Shown one piece after another: positions 1-9,160 of a stretch of 64,000 nt of DNA. The notes beneath the pieces were generated by a model that had not been told where the DNA came from, did not search any database, and saw only the letters and a program-made list of their open reading frames with translations. This stretch comes from Candidatus Zhuqueibacterota bacterium. Lineage in GTDB: Bacteria > Zhuqueibacterota > Zhuqueibacteria > Residuimicrobiales > Oceaniaggregativiventaceae. Position numbers and translations under genes: made by a program. Each line of letters opens with the position of its first letter. The first letter of the stretch is position 1. The stretch is from NCBI GenBank assembly GCA_014728085.1, contig WJMF01000230.1, forward strand, positions 5,276 through 69,275, given 5' to 3'.

Positions 1-1071
1 CAGGGTTTTGTTGTCTGTCATCAGCGTTTTTGGCTGCAGATAGAGTTTGAGCGTGGCTTCCAGAGCGGCATACACGAGTTTGTCGCAGCGCATGGCCCGC
101 ATCACCGGGTTGCTGTTGATCTTTTCGATCCACTCTTTTTTGCCGGCGATAATGCCGCACTGCGGACCACCCAATACTTTGTCACCGCTAAAGGTGACCA
201 CATCGGTACCGGCAATAATGCTGTCCTGAACCAGGGGTTCATCTGGCAGGCCGATGGTCGTCAGGTCGAAGAGGATACCACCGCCGATATCATGCAGCAC
301 CGGCAGGTGATGGCGATGGGCGATTTCGACCACCTTTGGGAGCGGTACCTGCTCGGTGAAACCGAGGATACGGTAATTGGAGGTATGGGCCACCACGAGC
401 GCACCGGTTTTGTCGTTGATGGCGTTTTCGTAATCGGTCGCTTTGGTTTTATTGGTTGAACCCACTTCGCGCATGATGGAGCCGCTTTTTTCCATCACTT
501 CGGGCATGCGGAACGAGCCGCCGATCTCGACGAGCTCACCTCTGGAGATAATCGCCTCTTTTTGAAAAGTCATGGTATTGAGGGCGAGGAACACGGCTGC
601 GGCGTTGTTGTTGACGACCGCAACATCTTCAGCACCGGTAATTCGGCACAAAAGATCGGCAACATGATTACGGCGGTGTCCGCGTTTACCGGTATTGAGA
701 TCGATTTCGAGATTAACATAGCCCTGTATGATCGTTTCGATACTTTCCCGCGCCGCCTGCGACAATGGCGCGCGTCCGAGATTGGTGTGCAGCACAATAC
801 CGGTACAGTTGATTAGCGGTTTGAGGCTGGGCGCCATCAGATCATTCACCTCATCGATGGTTTTGTTGAGAATCCAGTTGCTCAAAGCCGTCCGATCGGA
901 TTCCCCGGACCAGCGATCCTGCAAGATAAGTGCCTTTAGCACTTCCACAGTATGGCGAATCTGATCCTTGAGAAGATCGCGATCAAGGGCACTTAGTGAA
1001 GGCTGTTTCAGCGCTTTATCGAGCAGCTGATCGATGGGGGGAATGGTTTTCAACCGGTCCTGTTTGTTCAT
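1..1071 (-). CDS. selA: L-seryl-tRNA(Sec) selenium transferase (3' end runs off the window)
   Basis: Absent from the ORF track; translated by hand from ATG at 1071. Contains NCTGIVLHTNLGRAP, VVNNNAAAV, SRGELVEIGGSFRMP, VAHTSNYRILGF, FSGDKVLGGPQCG and RAMRCDK, all SelA signatures. Confidence 0.95.
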   Translation of the reverse strand, partial: MNKQDRLKTIPPIDQLLDKALKQPSLSALDRDLLKDQIRHTVEVLKALILQDRWSGESDRTALSNWILNKTIDEVNDLMAPSLKPLINCTGIVLHTNLGRAPLSQAARESIETIIQGYVNLEIDLNTGKRGHRRNHVADLLCRITGAEDVAVVNNNAAAVFLALNTMTFQKEAIISRGELVEIGGSFRMPEVMEKSGSIMREVGSTNKTKATDYENAINDKTGALVVAHTSNYRILGFTEQVPLPKVVEIAHRHHLPVLHDIGGGILFDLTTIGLPDEPLVQDSIIAGTDVVTFSGDKVLGGPQCGIIAGKKEWIEKINSNPVMRAMRCDKLVYAALEATLKLYLQPKTLMTDNKTL

Positions 1072-1077
1072 AGCGGT

Positions 1078-1863
1078 TTAGTGTCCCTGATTTAGAGTGT
1101 GCAGCCAGGATTTCAGGGCCTCGGCATCCCGGAGAAATTGTTCCGGATCATCGTTGCGCACGAATTCAATTAAAACCGGCAGCTCGGTATTGCTTTGGTT
1201 GGCGATATCGAGAAAGCGGAGCCAGCGCTCTTCGCCCTCCTGCAGAGGCCGGCGTTCACCATGACCGTTGCTAAAGCGCCATTGAAAGGCATGGATGACC
1301 GTCAGTCTGGGCAAGATGGTTTGCAGGCCTTTGGCGCAGTAATCCTCATCCATTTTATTTGGCGGTTGCCAGTAGGTATAGAGATTGGCATGATCGACCT
1401 GCCGGAGAAGCTCAGCTGCGGACAAGTTGGTATCGGTGAGGGTTTCTTTATGGTATTCATAGGCGACTTTGATTTTCCGTTCAGCGGCCAGTTCGCAGAT
1501 ACGTCTCGAGTCCTCGATGACGCGGTTGCGGTAGCCGGCGTCGGCATCGGCGGATCCTATATTACCGGCCCAGACGCGTATGACGGGTGCGCCCAGTGCC
1601 TCTGCCGTGTCGAGCACAGTTTCAAAGGCGAGTCCCTCTTTTTCGCTTTCAGCAGTGCGATAGTAAGAGCCATACGAGCAGATACCGATTCCGTTCTCCC
1701 GGGATTGCTGTTTTATCTTTTTGGCCACAGCGATATCACCATGCGGGACGTGTATATCACCGCCCCATTCGATCAATTCGAGTCCTGATTTTTGCATCAG
1801 TTTTATGATTTTTTCCGCTGTCAACTGCCGCAAGGTCACGGAGACCAGACCACTTTTCAGCAT
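1078..1863 (-). CDS. Sugar phosphate isomerase/epimerase (xylose-isomerase-like TIM barrel, AP endonuclease 2 family)
   Basis: Motifs IEWGGDIHVP, IRVWAG, AYEYH and LIEFV. Start placed at MLKSGLVSVT (1863) rather than 1953. Ends 6 nt before the selA start. Confidence 0.8.
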   Translation of the reverse strand: MLKSGLVSVTLRQLTAEKIIKLMQKSGLELIEWGGDIHVPHGDIAVAKKIKQQSRENGIGICSYGSYYRTAESEKEGLAFETVLDTAEALGAPVIRVWAGNIGSADADAGYRNRVIEDSRRICELAAERKIKVAYEYHKETLTDTNLSAAELLRQVDHANLYTYWQPPNKMDEDYCAKGLQTILPRLTVIHAFQWRFSNGHGERRPLQEGEERWLRFLDIANQSNTELPVLIEFVRNDDPEQFLRDAEALKSWLHTLNQGH

Positions 1864-2126
1864 AATTTCCTCTGTGCTTTTGCATTGCTTTATTTTTATA
1901 ATATACAAAGATGCAGTAAATAAACAAGCTTGAAATCCAGTTTTGGGTTGCAATTAAATTCCTTTTGGTTTAACTTTCAAAATTGGAAATCAAGGAAGCG
2001 GTGGCACAGAGGGCTGCTGTTTTCAGGGTTTTCAGGCAGCAGGTGTTTTGATCAAATGATCAAAGGGGACGTTGGGCTGGGGCGAGTTGAAATTTTCAGG
2101 TCAATCCAACAAAAGGAGGTAGAAAG

Positions 2127-2495
2127 ATGTTAAGCGCGAAAAGAGTCATTATTACCACCCTTTGCGGCGTTTTGTTCGGTTTTGTTTGTCTGGGTCTGGC
2201 AACCATGGATCCGGGTGCTGAACCCCTCAGTGGTTCGATCAAAGTCTCCATCGTTCTGGGACGCATTATGCTCGGTTTTATGCTCGGCATCAGCGCTCTG
2301 CGCCTCTCCTGGTGGCTGCACGGCATTGTCATCGGTATTATCGCCAGCATTCCCATGGCCGTACCCATTGTACCGGACTGGAACATAGCCATTTCCACCG
2401 TGGTGATGGGCATCATTTATGGCTTCCTCACAGAGCTGATCACCAGCAAGCTGTTCAAATCTCCACCGGTGGGAACGCTGAAAGTAACTGCGTAA
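2127..2495 (+). CDS. Small integral membrane protein (~4 TM), unknown function
   Basis: Strong RBS (AAGGAGG), hydrophobic helices, and a terminator downstream. Confidence 0.8.
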   Translation: MLSAKRVIITTLCGVLFGFVCLGLATMDPGAEPLSGSIKVSIVLGRIMLGFMLGISALRLSWWLHGIVIGIIASIPMAVPIVPDWNIAISTVVMGIIYGFLTELITSKLFKSPPVGTLKVTA

Positions 2496-2541
2496 CCGCC
2501 GGATGGTGAAGGTTCACTCCCCGGCATAGAAAACAAACAGC

Positions 2542-2579
2542 GCCGTTTTCTGCACTATTTTTGCAGAGAACGGCTTTTT
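2542..2579 (+). terminator. Rho-independent terminator
   Basis: Stem GCCGTTTTCTGCA / TGCAGAGAACGGC followed by TTTTT. Confidence 0.75.
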
Positions 2580-2774
2580 AATATTCCGTTGCAGAATCCT
2601 GACGAAAAATGATGGAGGAGATTTTTATGATTTTTCTTGCGGCCTGGCGCATTTGCGATTAAAACCGTAGATGGTACAAAGATAGGCGAATTCAATATCG
2701 GATTGATTTTTCTAGGCGCACAACCCCGTGGTGATTAAAAGCCGGAGAAATCTAAAAAAACTTGAATTTTTTCA

Positions 2775-2788
2775 AAAGTAATTACTTT
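2775..2788. promoter_or_regulatory. Perfect 14-bp palindrome, probable toxin-antitoxin autoregulatory operator
   Basis: AAAGTAATTACTTT lies just upstream of the antitoxin ATG at 2795. Confidence 0.5.
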
Positions 2789-2794
2789 GTATGT

Positions 2795-3056
2795 ATGAAG
2801 ACACATATCATTAAAATAGGTAATTCCCGGGGTGTTCGGATTTCCAAAGTTCTCCCGGAAGAAAGCCGGTTTGGTGATCAGGTAGAACTGATTGCCGAAC
2901 ATGAGCGGATCATTATTCGCTCGGCAAAAAAGCCCACGTGCCGGATGGAAAGAGGCGTTCAAATCCATGGCTGAGAATCATGATGATGAATTGCTCGACA
3001 AGGAGTCGCTTGCCCGACAGAGTTCATGGGATGACGAAGAATGGATTTGGGAGTGA
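2795..3056 (+). pseudogene. mazE: Frameshifted AbrB/MazE-family antitoxin
   Basis: MKTHIIKIGNSRGVRI is a MazE/SpoVT N-terminus. After AAAAAGCCCACG (~2926-2937) the family-like C-terminus PRAGWKEAFKSMAENHDDELLD...SSWDDEEWIWE* continues in the +1 frame. Confidence 0.75.
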
Positions 3057-3064
3057 TTTGCTGA

Positions 3065-3105
3065 ATGCGTGTCAGACGATTTGATGTCTATCTTTTAGAT
3101 TTAAA
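3065..3105 (+). pseudogene. mazF: Truncated MazF/PemK toxin N-terminal remnant
   Basis: MRVRRFDVYLLDL resembles the PemK/MazF start. The following P..G.E..K.RP motif is missing and the sequence runs into the 3' end of the convergent gene. Confidence 0.55.
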
Positions 3106-3119
3106 GCAAACCTCAATGG

Positions 3120-4742
3120 TTACTGTTCTGTCTTGTGATCGTCAAGCCCCTGATGCAAATAGAGAAACTGATAATATTGCCTGCTGCTTGAATTTTTATA
3201 TATCCTCTTCAGCTTATACTTTTGCATTTCGGGACGCACGAGCAGACAGTCTGTTTCGTTGTTATAGTAGAGCGAGTCGGCTGAGTAGCTGGTTATTGCC
3301 AGGGCGGCCGGGTTTTTGCTGAAGAGATAATCCAGGCGTTGGGAAATCGTCAGGCCGGGATGGTGGGCAAGATATTCATCGTTGAGGGCGCCAAAATCGA
3401 TGGTTTTGCGTTGGGCATGATAGGGGATGGCCCCGGCATCCTTGTAGACCGCGATCCATGCCGCTTCCGGAACGATTTCGTTGAGATCCTTTCCCGCGGC
3501 GATATGCATTTCTTTTAAACTGGTGCGATAGGATTTTGCGATGGGTTTTTCATGAGTAAACCAGAGACTCATCTGCCGGCCGGTTTGAATATACAACAGC
3601 AACAACGCCACCATAATAACGACATTATAGCTCAGGGGGCGCGATGGCCGGTTTCTTTTTATGGTTTCCAGTCCCGGCGCCAGAATCACATTCAGCTGGA
3701 TCAGGAGCAGCGGATAAAAGGGGATGTAAAAGCGATAGGAAAAGTTCATTTCCAGCGTCGACCGGGTATAGTGCAACATGACGATAAGGATAAAGAGAAC
3801 AACAGTCAGCATCGCAAGCGGTAATGCCGGTGTTGTCTTTTTTTGTCGGGCTAACTCTCTGGCGCTTTCATCCACCGAGGTGATAAAAGGCAGGATGGCG
3901 ATGATGGCCGGCAGCAGCAGGTATTGTTTCAAAAAGGCTTTAAAACCAACCAGTGTACCGGCGGTATCGATACCACCGAGTTTGGCATAAAAGGTATTGG
4001 GCAGGATATAGTCGTAATAAGACCAGCGCCAGAGAAAATAGATGGCGCCGGGCAGTAACAAGCCCAGCGTAAACGCCGGCAACCATTTCTGCGTCTCGCG
4101 TTTTCGAACCGCGGCATATCCTGTTACCAATGTGGCCAGGAGGGCAAAGAGGGCGCCTTCCGGACGGCAGAGGGCCGGCAGCAAAAACAAGAGGGCAGTA
4201 ATTGCATATTGACTGCGGCAACCGGGTTTGGCTTCCAATATTCTGAAGAACTGATAAAAGGCGAGAAACAGCAGAGCGGTGAACAGCATGGTTTCCATGC
4301 CGCTAAAAACGTGGGGATAGAGCATGGCAGATGTTGCGAATAGCAACAGCGTTGCCAGCCGTTGCCAGGGGTTGATCTCAAGTTTGGTGAGAAATCGCTG
4401 CAGGAGCAACAGGCAGGCGGCAAAGGCGACGACACCGATAAGTTGTCCGATCATGACAGGAGGCAGACCGGCATAGATTGCAGCAGCCAGTAGCATCGGC
4501 AGAAGGATACCGGTATAGCCCTCCACCGGGTCCTCACCGACATTAAAGGTCAGCTCGCCGTGCTCTGTCAGATTTGTCGCATAGCGGATGGTGATATAGG
4601 CATCATCCGCGGTCCAGCGGGGAAAACCGAGTGTTAGGAATATGGCAACAAGCAATATAGCGCTATAGAGCAAAGTTTGAAGACGTTTCACCGTCTGGCC
4701 TTCATGCGAAAGATAATCATTTTTAGGCACATATTTATGCAT
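3120..4742 (-). CDS. GT-C superfamily membrane glycosyltransferase (AftB-like DD loop)
   Basis: DDAYITIRYATNL...GELTFNVGEDPVEGYT after the first TM helix, plus GMET, RPEG and LPNTFYAK, multiple TM helices and a soluble C-terminal domain. Confidence 0.7.
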   Translation of the reverse strand: MHKYVPKNDYLSHEGQTVKRLQTLLYSAILLVAIFLTLGFPRWTADDAYITIRYATNLTEHGELTFNVGEDPVEGYTGILLPMLLAAAIYAGLPPVMIGQLIGVVAFAACLLLLQRFLTKLEINPWQRLATLLLFATSAMLYPHVFSGMETMLFTALLFLAFYQFFRILEAKPGCRSQYAITALLFLLPALCRPEGALFALLATLVTGYAAVRKRETQKWLPAFTLGLLLPGAIYFLWRWSYYDYILPNTFYAKLGGIDTAGTLVGFKAFLKQYLLLPAIIAILPFITSVDESARELARQKKTTPALPLAMLTVVLFILIVMLHYTRSTLEMNFSYRFYIPFYPLLLIQLNVILAPGLETIKRNRPSRPLSYNVVIMVALLLLYIQTGRQMSLWFTHEKPIAKSYRTSLKEMHIAAGKDLNEIVPEAAWIAVYKDAGAIPYHAQRKTIDFGALNDEYLAHHPGLTISQRLDYLFSKNPAALAITSYSADSLYYNNETDCLLVRPEMQKYKLKRIYKNSSSRQYYQFLYLHQGLDDHKTEQ

Positions 4743-4882
4743 TTTTCTTGTATTTTTACACAGTCTCGGGGCCTTGGTAAAAATTCCGGAAATGTTTTTT
4801 CATTGTCTCTATAATTTAATCCCGGACTTTTAGTCCGGCGTGTATCCTTTGGTTTTCATTTCGCTGAGAAAAAAAGGGACTT

Positions 4883-5194
4883 TTAAATCGCCCACCAGGT
4901 ACGCATGCTCATTTCACCGCTGTCTCTGGTGCGGTCGGGTTGTTCTTTGGCGAAGAGCCTGGAGAGGATTTCCGGGGCGCTGAATCCGATGGCCAATGCT
5001 TCGGCCAACTGGGTTGGCTTGATCAGATAAACCGCCAGACCACCGAGTATCACAGCGAAAAAGAGCCCGAGCCAAAAGGACCAGGATTTCCAGTAATCGC
5101 CGATGTTGGGGTCGTGACGGCCTTTTACCAGGCGGAGAATATCCGGCAACAGGCCACCGGCGCAGCCCAAAAGAATCATGGTTGTGTCACTCAT
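4883..5194 (-). CDS. Small membrane protein (~3 TM), unknown function
   Basis: AGGAGG RBS and coherent hydrophobic helices. Confidence 0.7.
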   Translation of the reverse strand: MSDTTMILLGCAGGLLPDILRLVKGRHDPNIGDYWKSWSFWLGLFFAVILGGLAVYLIKPTQLAEALAIGFSAPEILSRLFAKEQPDRTRDSGEMSMRTWWAI

Positions 5195-5348
5195 GTCGAA
5201 CCTCCTTTGGTCTTGGTTAATATTGGATTTTTATGAACCAGGCAGATCATGAAGAGCTGCAGAGAAAACCGGTTCCGTTGAGAATCATACCCTTTATATT
5301 GATTAAAGATATTGTGGCCAAAGAAAGAGTAACGGCCGGCTTTGCTCT

Positions 5349-6377
5349 CTATCCGGTGAGTTCCTCCCACGCCTGAAAGACAGCTTTCACCGTTTCGGGG
5401 TTGGCGCCGGCACCGAACTCGAGCTGAGCAATGACGCCGCCGGCCGGATCATATAAATGATCGACCACGCTTTGCACTGCTTTTCGTCCCGCAGTCGGGT
5501 CGGGAGAGGTGAGGATATGCTGCCGGTCGATTTCGCCCCAAAAGGTCAGTTTGCCCTTGACGCTTTCTGCGAGATTCTTAAAATCCATGCAAAAAAGCTG
5601 TGAATTGACAGCATCGACACCGATTTCAGCGAGAGCGGGATAAATGGCCTCGATATGTCCGTCCGAGTGCATAAAGATAAACTTGTTCGCAGCATGCGCC
5701 ATTTCCACATACTCTATATAGAGCGGTTTAAAAATTTCATGCCATAGGGCTGGTGGTATGAGCAATTGTGACTGCGCTCCCCAGTCGTCCATAAAAAAGA
5801 TTGCATCGATATCCGTGCTTGTCCAGAATTCGACCTCTTTGAGATAAAAGTCATGGATTGATTTCAACAGCTTGAGCGCCCGTTCATCCGCATCCATAAC
5901 GTCCATCATCGCATTGACGGTGCCGCGGATAAACTGATATCGTTCCCATGGACGCGGGCAACAGCCCGAGGTGACAAATTTATCGGTGGAATGGCAAAAA
6001 GCATTGACCTGGTCTCTTGCTTTTTGCACAGCGTCCGGTAAAGTTTCAAAAGGCGGTTTGAGTGTTTGCCAATCGTCGATATCTTTTACAAGGGGGTCGC
6101 GGACTTCGCCAATGACCCCTTTTTGAATATTGATAAAGGTGCAACCCCATTCATCGACATAGGTACCGATTTCATAGGGATCGCCTTTGACGCGGGGAGA
6201 GGGTTTGTATACATCCACAGCGTTGATGAAATCCCCCGGATATTGTGCCTCGATTTCTGCGAGTTGTTCCGGATAGTGAGTCTCTGCCCAGGGAAGTACC
6301 CACAAGTCGCGGGGAACCCGTTGCGGATGTTCGAATTTCAGGCAGCGCTGTACCAGTTCTCTTGAAGTCTGAGTCAT
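5349..6377 (-). CDS. Uroporphyrinogen decarboxylase/MtaA-CmuA methyltransferase family protein
   Basis: Motifs DEWGC, FFMDDWGAQ, FMHSDG and FWGEIDRQ. Start MTQTSRE at 6377 overlaps the upstream stop (ATGA). Confidence 0.8.
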   Translation of the reverse strand: MTQTSRELVQRCLKFEHPQRVPRDLWVLPWAETHYPEQLAEIEAQYPGDFINAVDVYKPSPRVKGDPYEIGTYVDEWGCTFINIQKGVIGEVRDPLVKDIDDWQTLKPPFETLPDAVQKARDQVNAFCHSTDKFVTSGCCPRPWERYQFIRGTVNAMMDVMDADERALKLLKSIHDFYLKEVEFWTSTDIDAIFFMDDWGAQSQLLIPPALWHEIFKPLYIEYVEMAHAANKFIFMHSDGHIEAIYPALAEIGVDAVNSQLFCMDFKNLAESVKGKLTFWGEIDRQHILTSPDPTAGRKAVQSVVDHLYDPAGGVIAQLEFGAGANPETVKAVFQAWEELTG

Positions 6378-7027
6378 TTCTTTTCTTTCTCTTTTGTCAG
6401 GGTTCTGATAATGATGACAATACCGGCAACGACCAGTGCCAATGAAAACAGCAGGGTCGTATCGATCTCTCTTAAAAAGGCCTGAAACAGCAAAAGAAAG
6501 CTCAACAGCAGAGATGCGATAGCGACAAACAGAGCCCATGCGGTTTTATGTCGTATTTTATGGTTGATCCAGAGATAGAGGAACGTCAGACCTGTGCCAA
6601 GAAAAAAAGTGGCGTTCATTTCACTACCGGAGAGCCAATCAAGGCGATCGATCAGTTGAATGACGGCCAGAGTGAAAAAAATACCTGACGGAATCACCGC
6701 CCACCAAAGGTTGTCGTTGCGGATATATACCGATGTAAAAGTGATCGATACGGCGAACAGGAAAAGCACTCCCGCAAAATTATCCAGTCCGGGCCAAAGG
6801 AATTTTACAAGTAATAGCAGACCCAGAATCAGACAAAAGACTGCCATGAATTTGTGCCTGGTTTTTGCCGGTTGTAACTGATGAAAGTACCAGGCACAGG
6901 CCAGCAGTAAAAGCGCAGCGATGAATGACGGCCTGATCGTTAGCCATTGATGATTGACGGAGAAAGCGACAAGTCCCAGTAAAATGATCGCAATTCCCAG
7001 AAGGATATATTTTTCTTCTTTTTTCAT
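6374..7027 (-). CDS. Polytopic membrane protein (7-8 TM), unknown function
   Basis: Repeated TM helices including WWAVIPSG. RBS AGGAG is 9 nt before ATG 7027. Confidence 0.75.
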   Translation of the reverse strand: MKKEEKYILLGIAIILLGLVAFSVNHQWLTIRPSFIAALLLLACAWYFHQLQPAKTRHKFMAVFCLILGLLLLVKFLWPGLDNFAGVLFLFAVSITFTSVYIRNDNLWWAVIPSGIFFTLAVIQLIDRLDWLSGSEMNATFFLGTGLTFLYLWINHKIRHKTAWALFVAIASLLLSFLLLFQAFLREIDTTLLFSLALVVAGIVIIIRTLTKEKEKK

Positions 7028-7081
7028 TTTTTTCATCTCCTTTTCCTGCATAAGAAATTAAAAATAATATAAAAATACAAT

Positions 7082-7119
7082 AAAAAAAAGCGCAGTAAGA
7101 AAAGTTTTACTGCGCTTTT
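7082..7119 (-). terminator. Rho-independent terminator (possibly bidirectional)
   Basis: Stem AAAAGCGCAGTAA / TTACTGCGCTTTT with an A8 run on + (a U-tract on the minus strand). Confidence 0.7.
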
Positions 7120-7211
7120 GAGGGAAAGAAGAATGAAAAAATGGGACATATATATCATTCTTCTTCTTTGTTTAAAACGCCCCTTTGGGCTTGAGGCGAC
7201 AACAAATTTTG

Positions 7212-7808
7212 TTACACCGCTGCATGTTTGCCCGCAAGCAGGTCTGTTTTGTTCTCAAATGGGCTCAACTGCATCGAATGATTTGTCAGCGGACTGGATT
7301 GTCTAGAGTATTGTAAAGCATTTACCAGGAAACCCTTCCTGGAGGTTTGGAAATTGTTATGGTTGCCATGGTACATTTTGGTGGAAATAAACCCGGCTCT
7401 ATTCCCCGGCGTGCAGGCGTTTTTGTGGATTTCCCCGTTGTGTTTCTCTAGTGTGAATGGATTGCCCGTTTCAGTGCGTGTTGACCGAACAAAGCTCTTT
7501 TTTTGGTTTATTGCCTTTACTGCGCCGGCAACAGACTTTGCCTTTTTCTCTACTATCGTTCCTGATATAATGTAAGAACCAAAGTCTTCAGGTGCAAGTG
7601 GAAAATGAAAATTTTTATTCCCTGTTATATTTGTTTCAGGGCTGAGGGTACGGTAAAAAAACGAAATGAAAAACGTTTCAGGCATAAAAACAGAGGCAAT
7701 ACAATCCGGAATATTCATACCGCCCGGGGCACCGCTCTTTTGATCTTTCTCTGTCTTTGGCGCGGACAGCGCATCAAGTCTGCGAGATAAGGGGATATGT
7801 CTTATCAT
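7212..7808 (-). CDS. Doubtful or eroded ORF with a carboxypeptidase-regulatory-like beta-sandwich segment
   Basis: YIISGTIVEKKAKSVAGAV...STRTETGNPFTL loosely resembles that domain. No clear RBS or start. Confidence 0.3.
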   Translation of the reverse strand: MIRHIPLSRRLDALSAPKTEKDQKSGAPGGMNIPDCIASVFMPETFFISFFYRTLSPETNITGNKNFHFPLAPEDFGSYIISGTIVEKKAKSVAGAVKAINQKKSFVRSTRTETGNPFTLEKHNGEIHKNACTPGNRAGFISTKMYHGNHNNFQTSRKGFLVNALQYSRQSSPLTNHSMQLSPFENKTDLLAGKHAAV

Positions 7809-7845
7809 TGTATTTCCGTTTTCTGTTTAGCTTTTTCCTATATAA

Positions 7846-8904
7846 TTAAAATCGTTTGGCTTTCTGTGCCAGATCAATACCGATTTTTGAATACTCGTTT
7901 GCGAGTAAAAGCTGTCCGGCGTTTTTTGCTGCCACAGCCTGTCCGTACATTTTTTGCGCGACGCTGTAAAGTTCCCGGTCTATTTTGTTCTCATCAGAAC
8001 ATGCTTCAAGTTCTTCTTCCAACAGGATGATATTTTGATTGACATTTAATGAATTCGGATTTTCAGTCCTTTCGCTGGCCGGCAGAAACCTGTTGGCCGC
8101 CAGAATGGATTCCAGTGCCAGACGTATTTTTCCGTCCTGTAAATAAACCACGGCATCCCGGGCGCATTGTTCCGCTGCTTTTATGATTTGTAGATTGGCG
8201 TCGCTGTTTGCGGCTTTGATACGGCTGATTTCGCTCTGAATTTTTTCCAGCTCATATTGCGCCCTGTCGGCAACAGAGTTGGAAGGTTGTTGAGCCCGCA
8301 GCCGGGTAAGCAGGTTTTTCGCCAGGTGGATTTCGCAAATAGCTGTATCGTATTGCTCCTCGTCGATGAGCCCCTTTGCATTATCGTATAGCCTGTTTGC
8401 GGATTGAAGAGTCATGTTTTGTGGCGTATTGTTGGCGGTTATATGGATCTCGAACCATTCTATCATACCCTGTAACCACTGCAATTCCTCAACAGCCTGG
8501 TCATATTTCGAGGGGGTAATACCGCGACACAGATCAATTACGCGTAAGAGCATGCGCGACGTGTTGTAGATGAGGTTGAGGGCCAGTTGCGGGTTGTTAT
8601 GTTTCAGGACGGATTCGATATAGTTCATTTGGCGACTTGCCTGATTAAAGAGTTTCTCAGCCTGAGGATTGTCGCATTCGGGCAAGGTACTTTCGGCACG
8701 GAAAAGGAGGTTGTTGAGCTGTTCCTTCTCCACCTCAACTTTATTCCCGGGGGAAAGGGGTATATTTTGTTTTTCAGGCGGCGGTTGCGTTAGCTGATTT
8801 TTCGTTTTTGTATCGTTTTCCGCCCGGCCGGATAACAATCCAAAAGTGAAAAGCGTTACTATAATAACCAAGGATTTTTTCATTTTCACAGTCTCTTTGT
8901 CCAT
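7846..8904 (-). CDS. Secreted alpha-helical repeat protein
   Basis: Signal peptide MKKSLVIIVTLFTFGLLSG and about four helical-hairpin units. Confidence 0.75.
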   Translation of the reverse strand: MDKETVKMKKSLVIIVTLFTFGLLSGRAENDTKTKNQLTQPPPEKQNIPLSPGNKVEVEKEQLNNLLFRAESTLPECDNPQAEKLFNQASRQMNYIESVLKHNNPQLALNLIYNTSRMLLRVIDLCRGITPSKYDQAVEELQWLQGMIEWFEIHITANNTPQNMTLQSANRLYDNAKGLIDEEQYDTAICEIHLAKNLLTRLRAQQPSNSVADRAQYELEKIQSEISRIKAANSDANLQIIKAAEQCARDAVVYLQDGKIRLALESILAANRFLPASERTENPNSLNVNQNIILLEEELEACSDENKIDRELYSVAQKMYGQAVAAKNAGQLLLANEYSKIGIDLAQKAKRF

Positions 8905-9160
8905 TCGTCCAAATTCTCTGCAACCCCTGTGCCAAAATTCAGCTCTTTCGGGAGACCTCTTTTAACTATAGTAAAATTAAGAGAACATGGGATAAAATGT
9001 CCCCTGCATGGCGCACTTGTGGTAGAATGTGTACCCTGAGGTACATTTTAATGTGCGGATCGGTTCACAGCAAATGGCTATCTGTCATTTGCCTTTGACT
9101 CTTTTTCCCCTTTACTGTCATAAATAGTCGGGATGGTGATCCGATAAGTGCAATTGTTTC

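Noticed and set aside
2612-2662. GGAGGA RBS followed by an 11-codon ORF
   Set aside because: Too short and featureless to support.
1865-2760. Search for selC tRNA-Sec or other tRNA near selA
   Set aside because: No cloverleaf or T-loop GTTCRA pattern found.
2960-2980. UGA ending the MazE-like ORF as a possible selenocysteine codon, given selA nearby
   Set aside because: The family-like C-terminus is in the +1 frame, so a frameshift explains it and readthrough does not.
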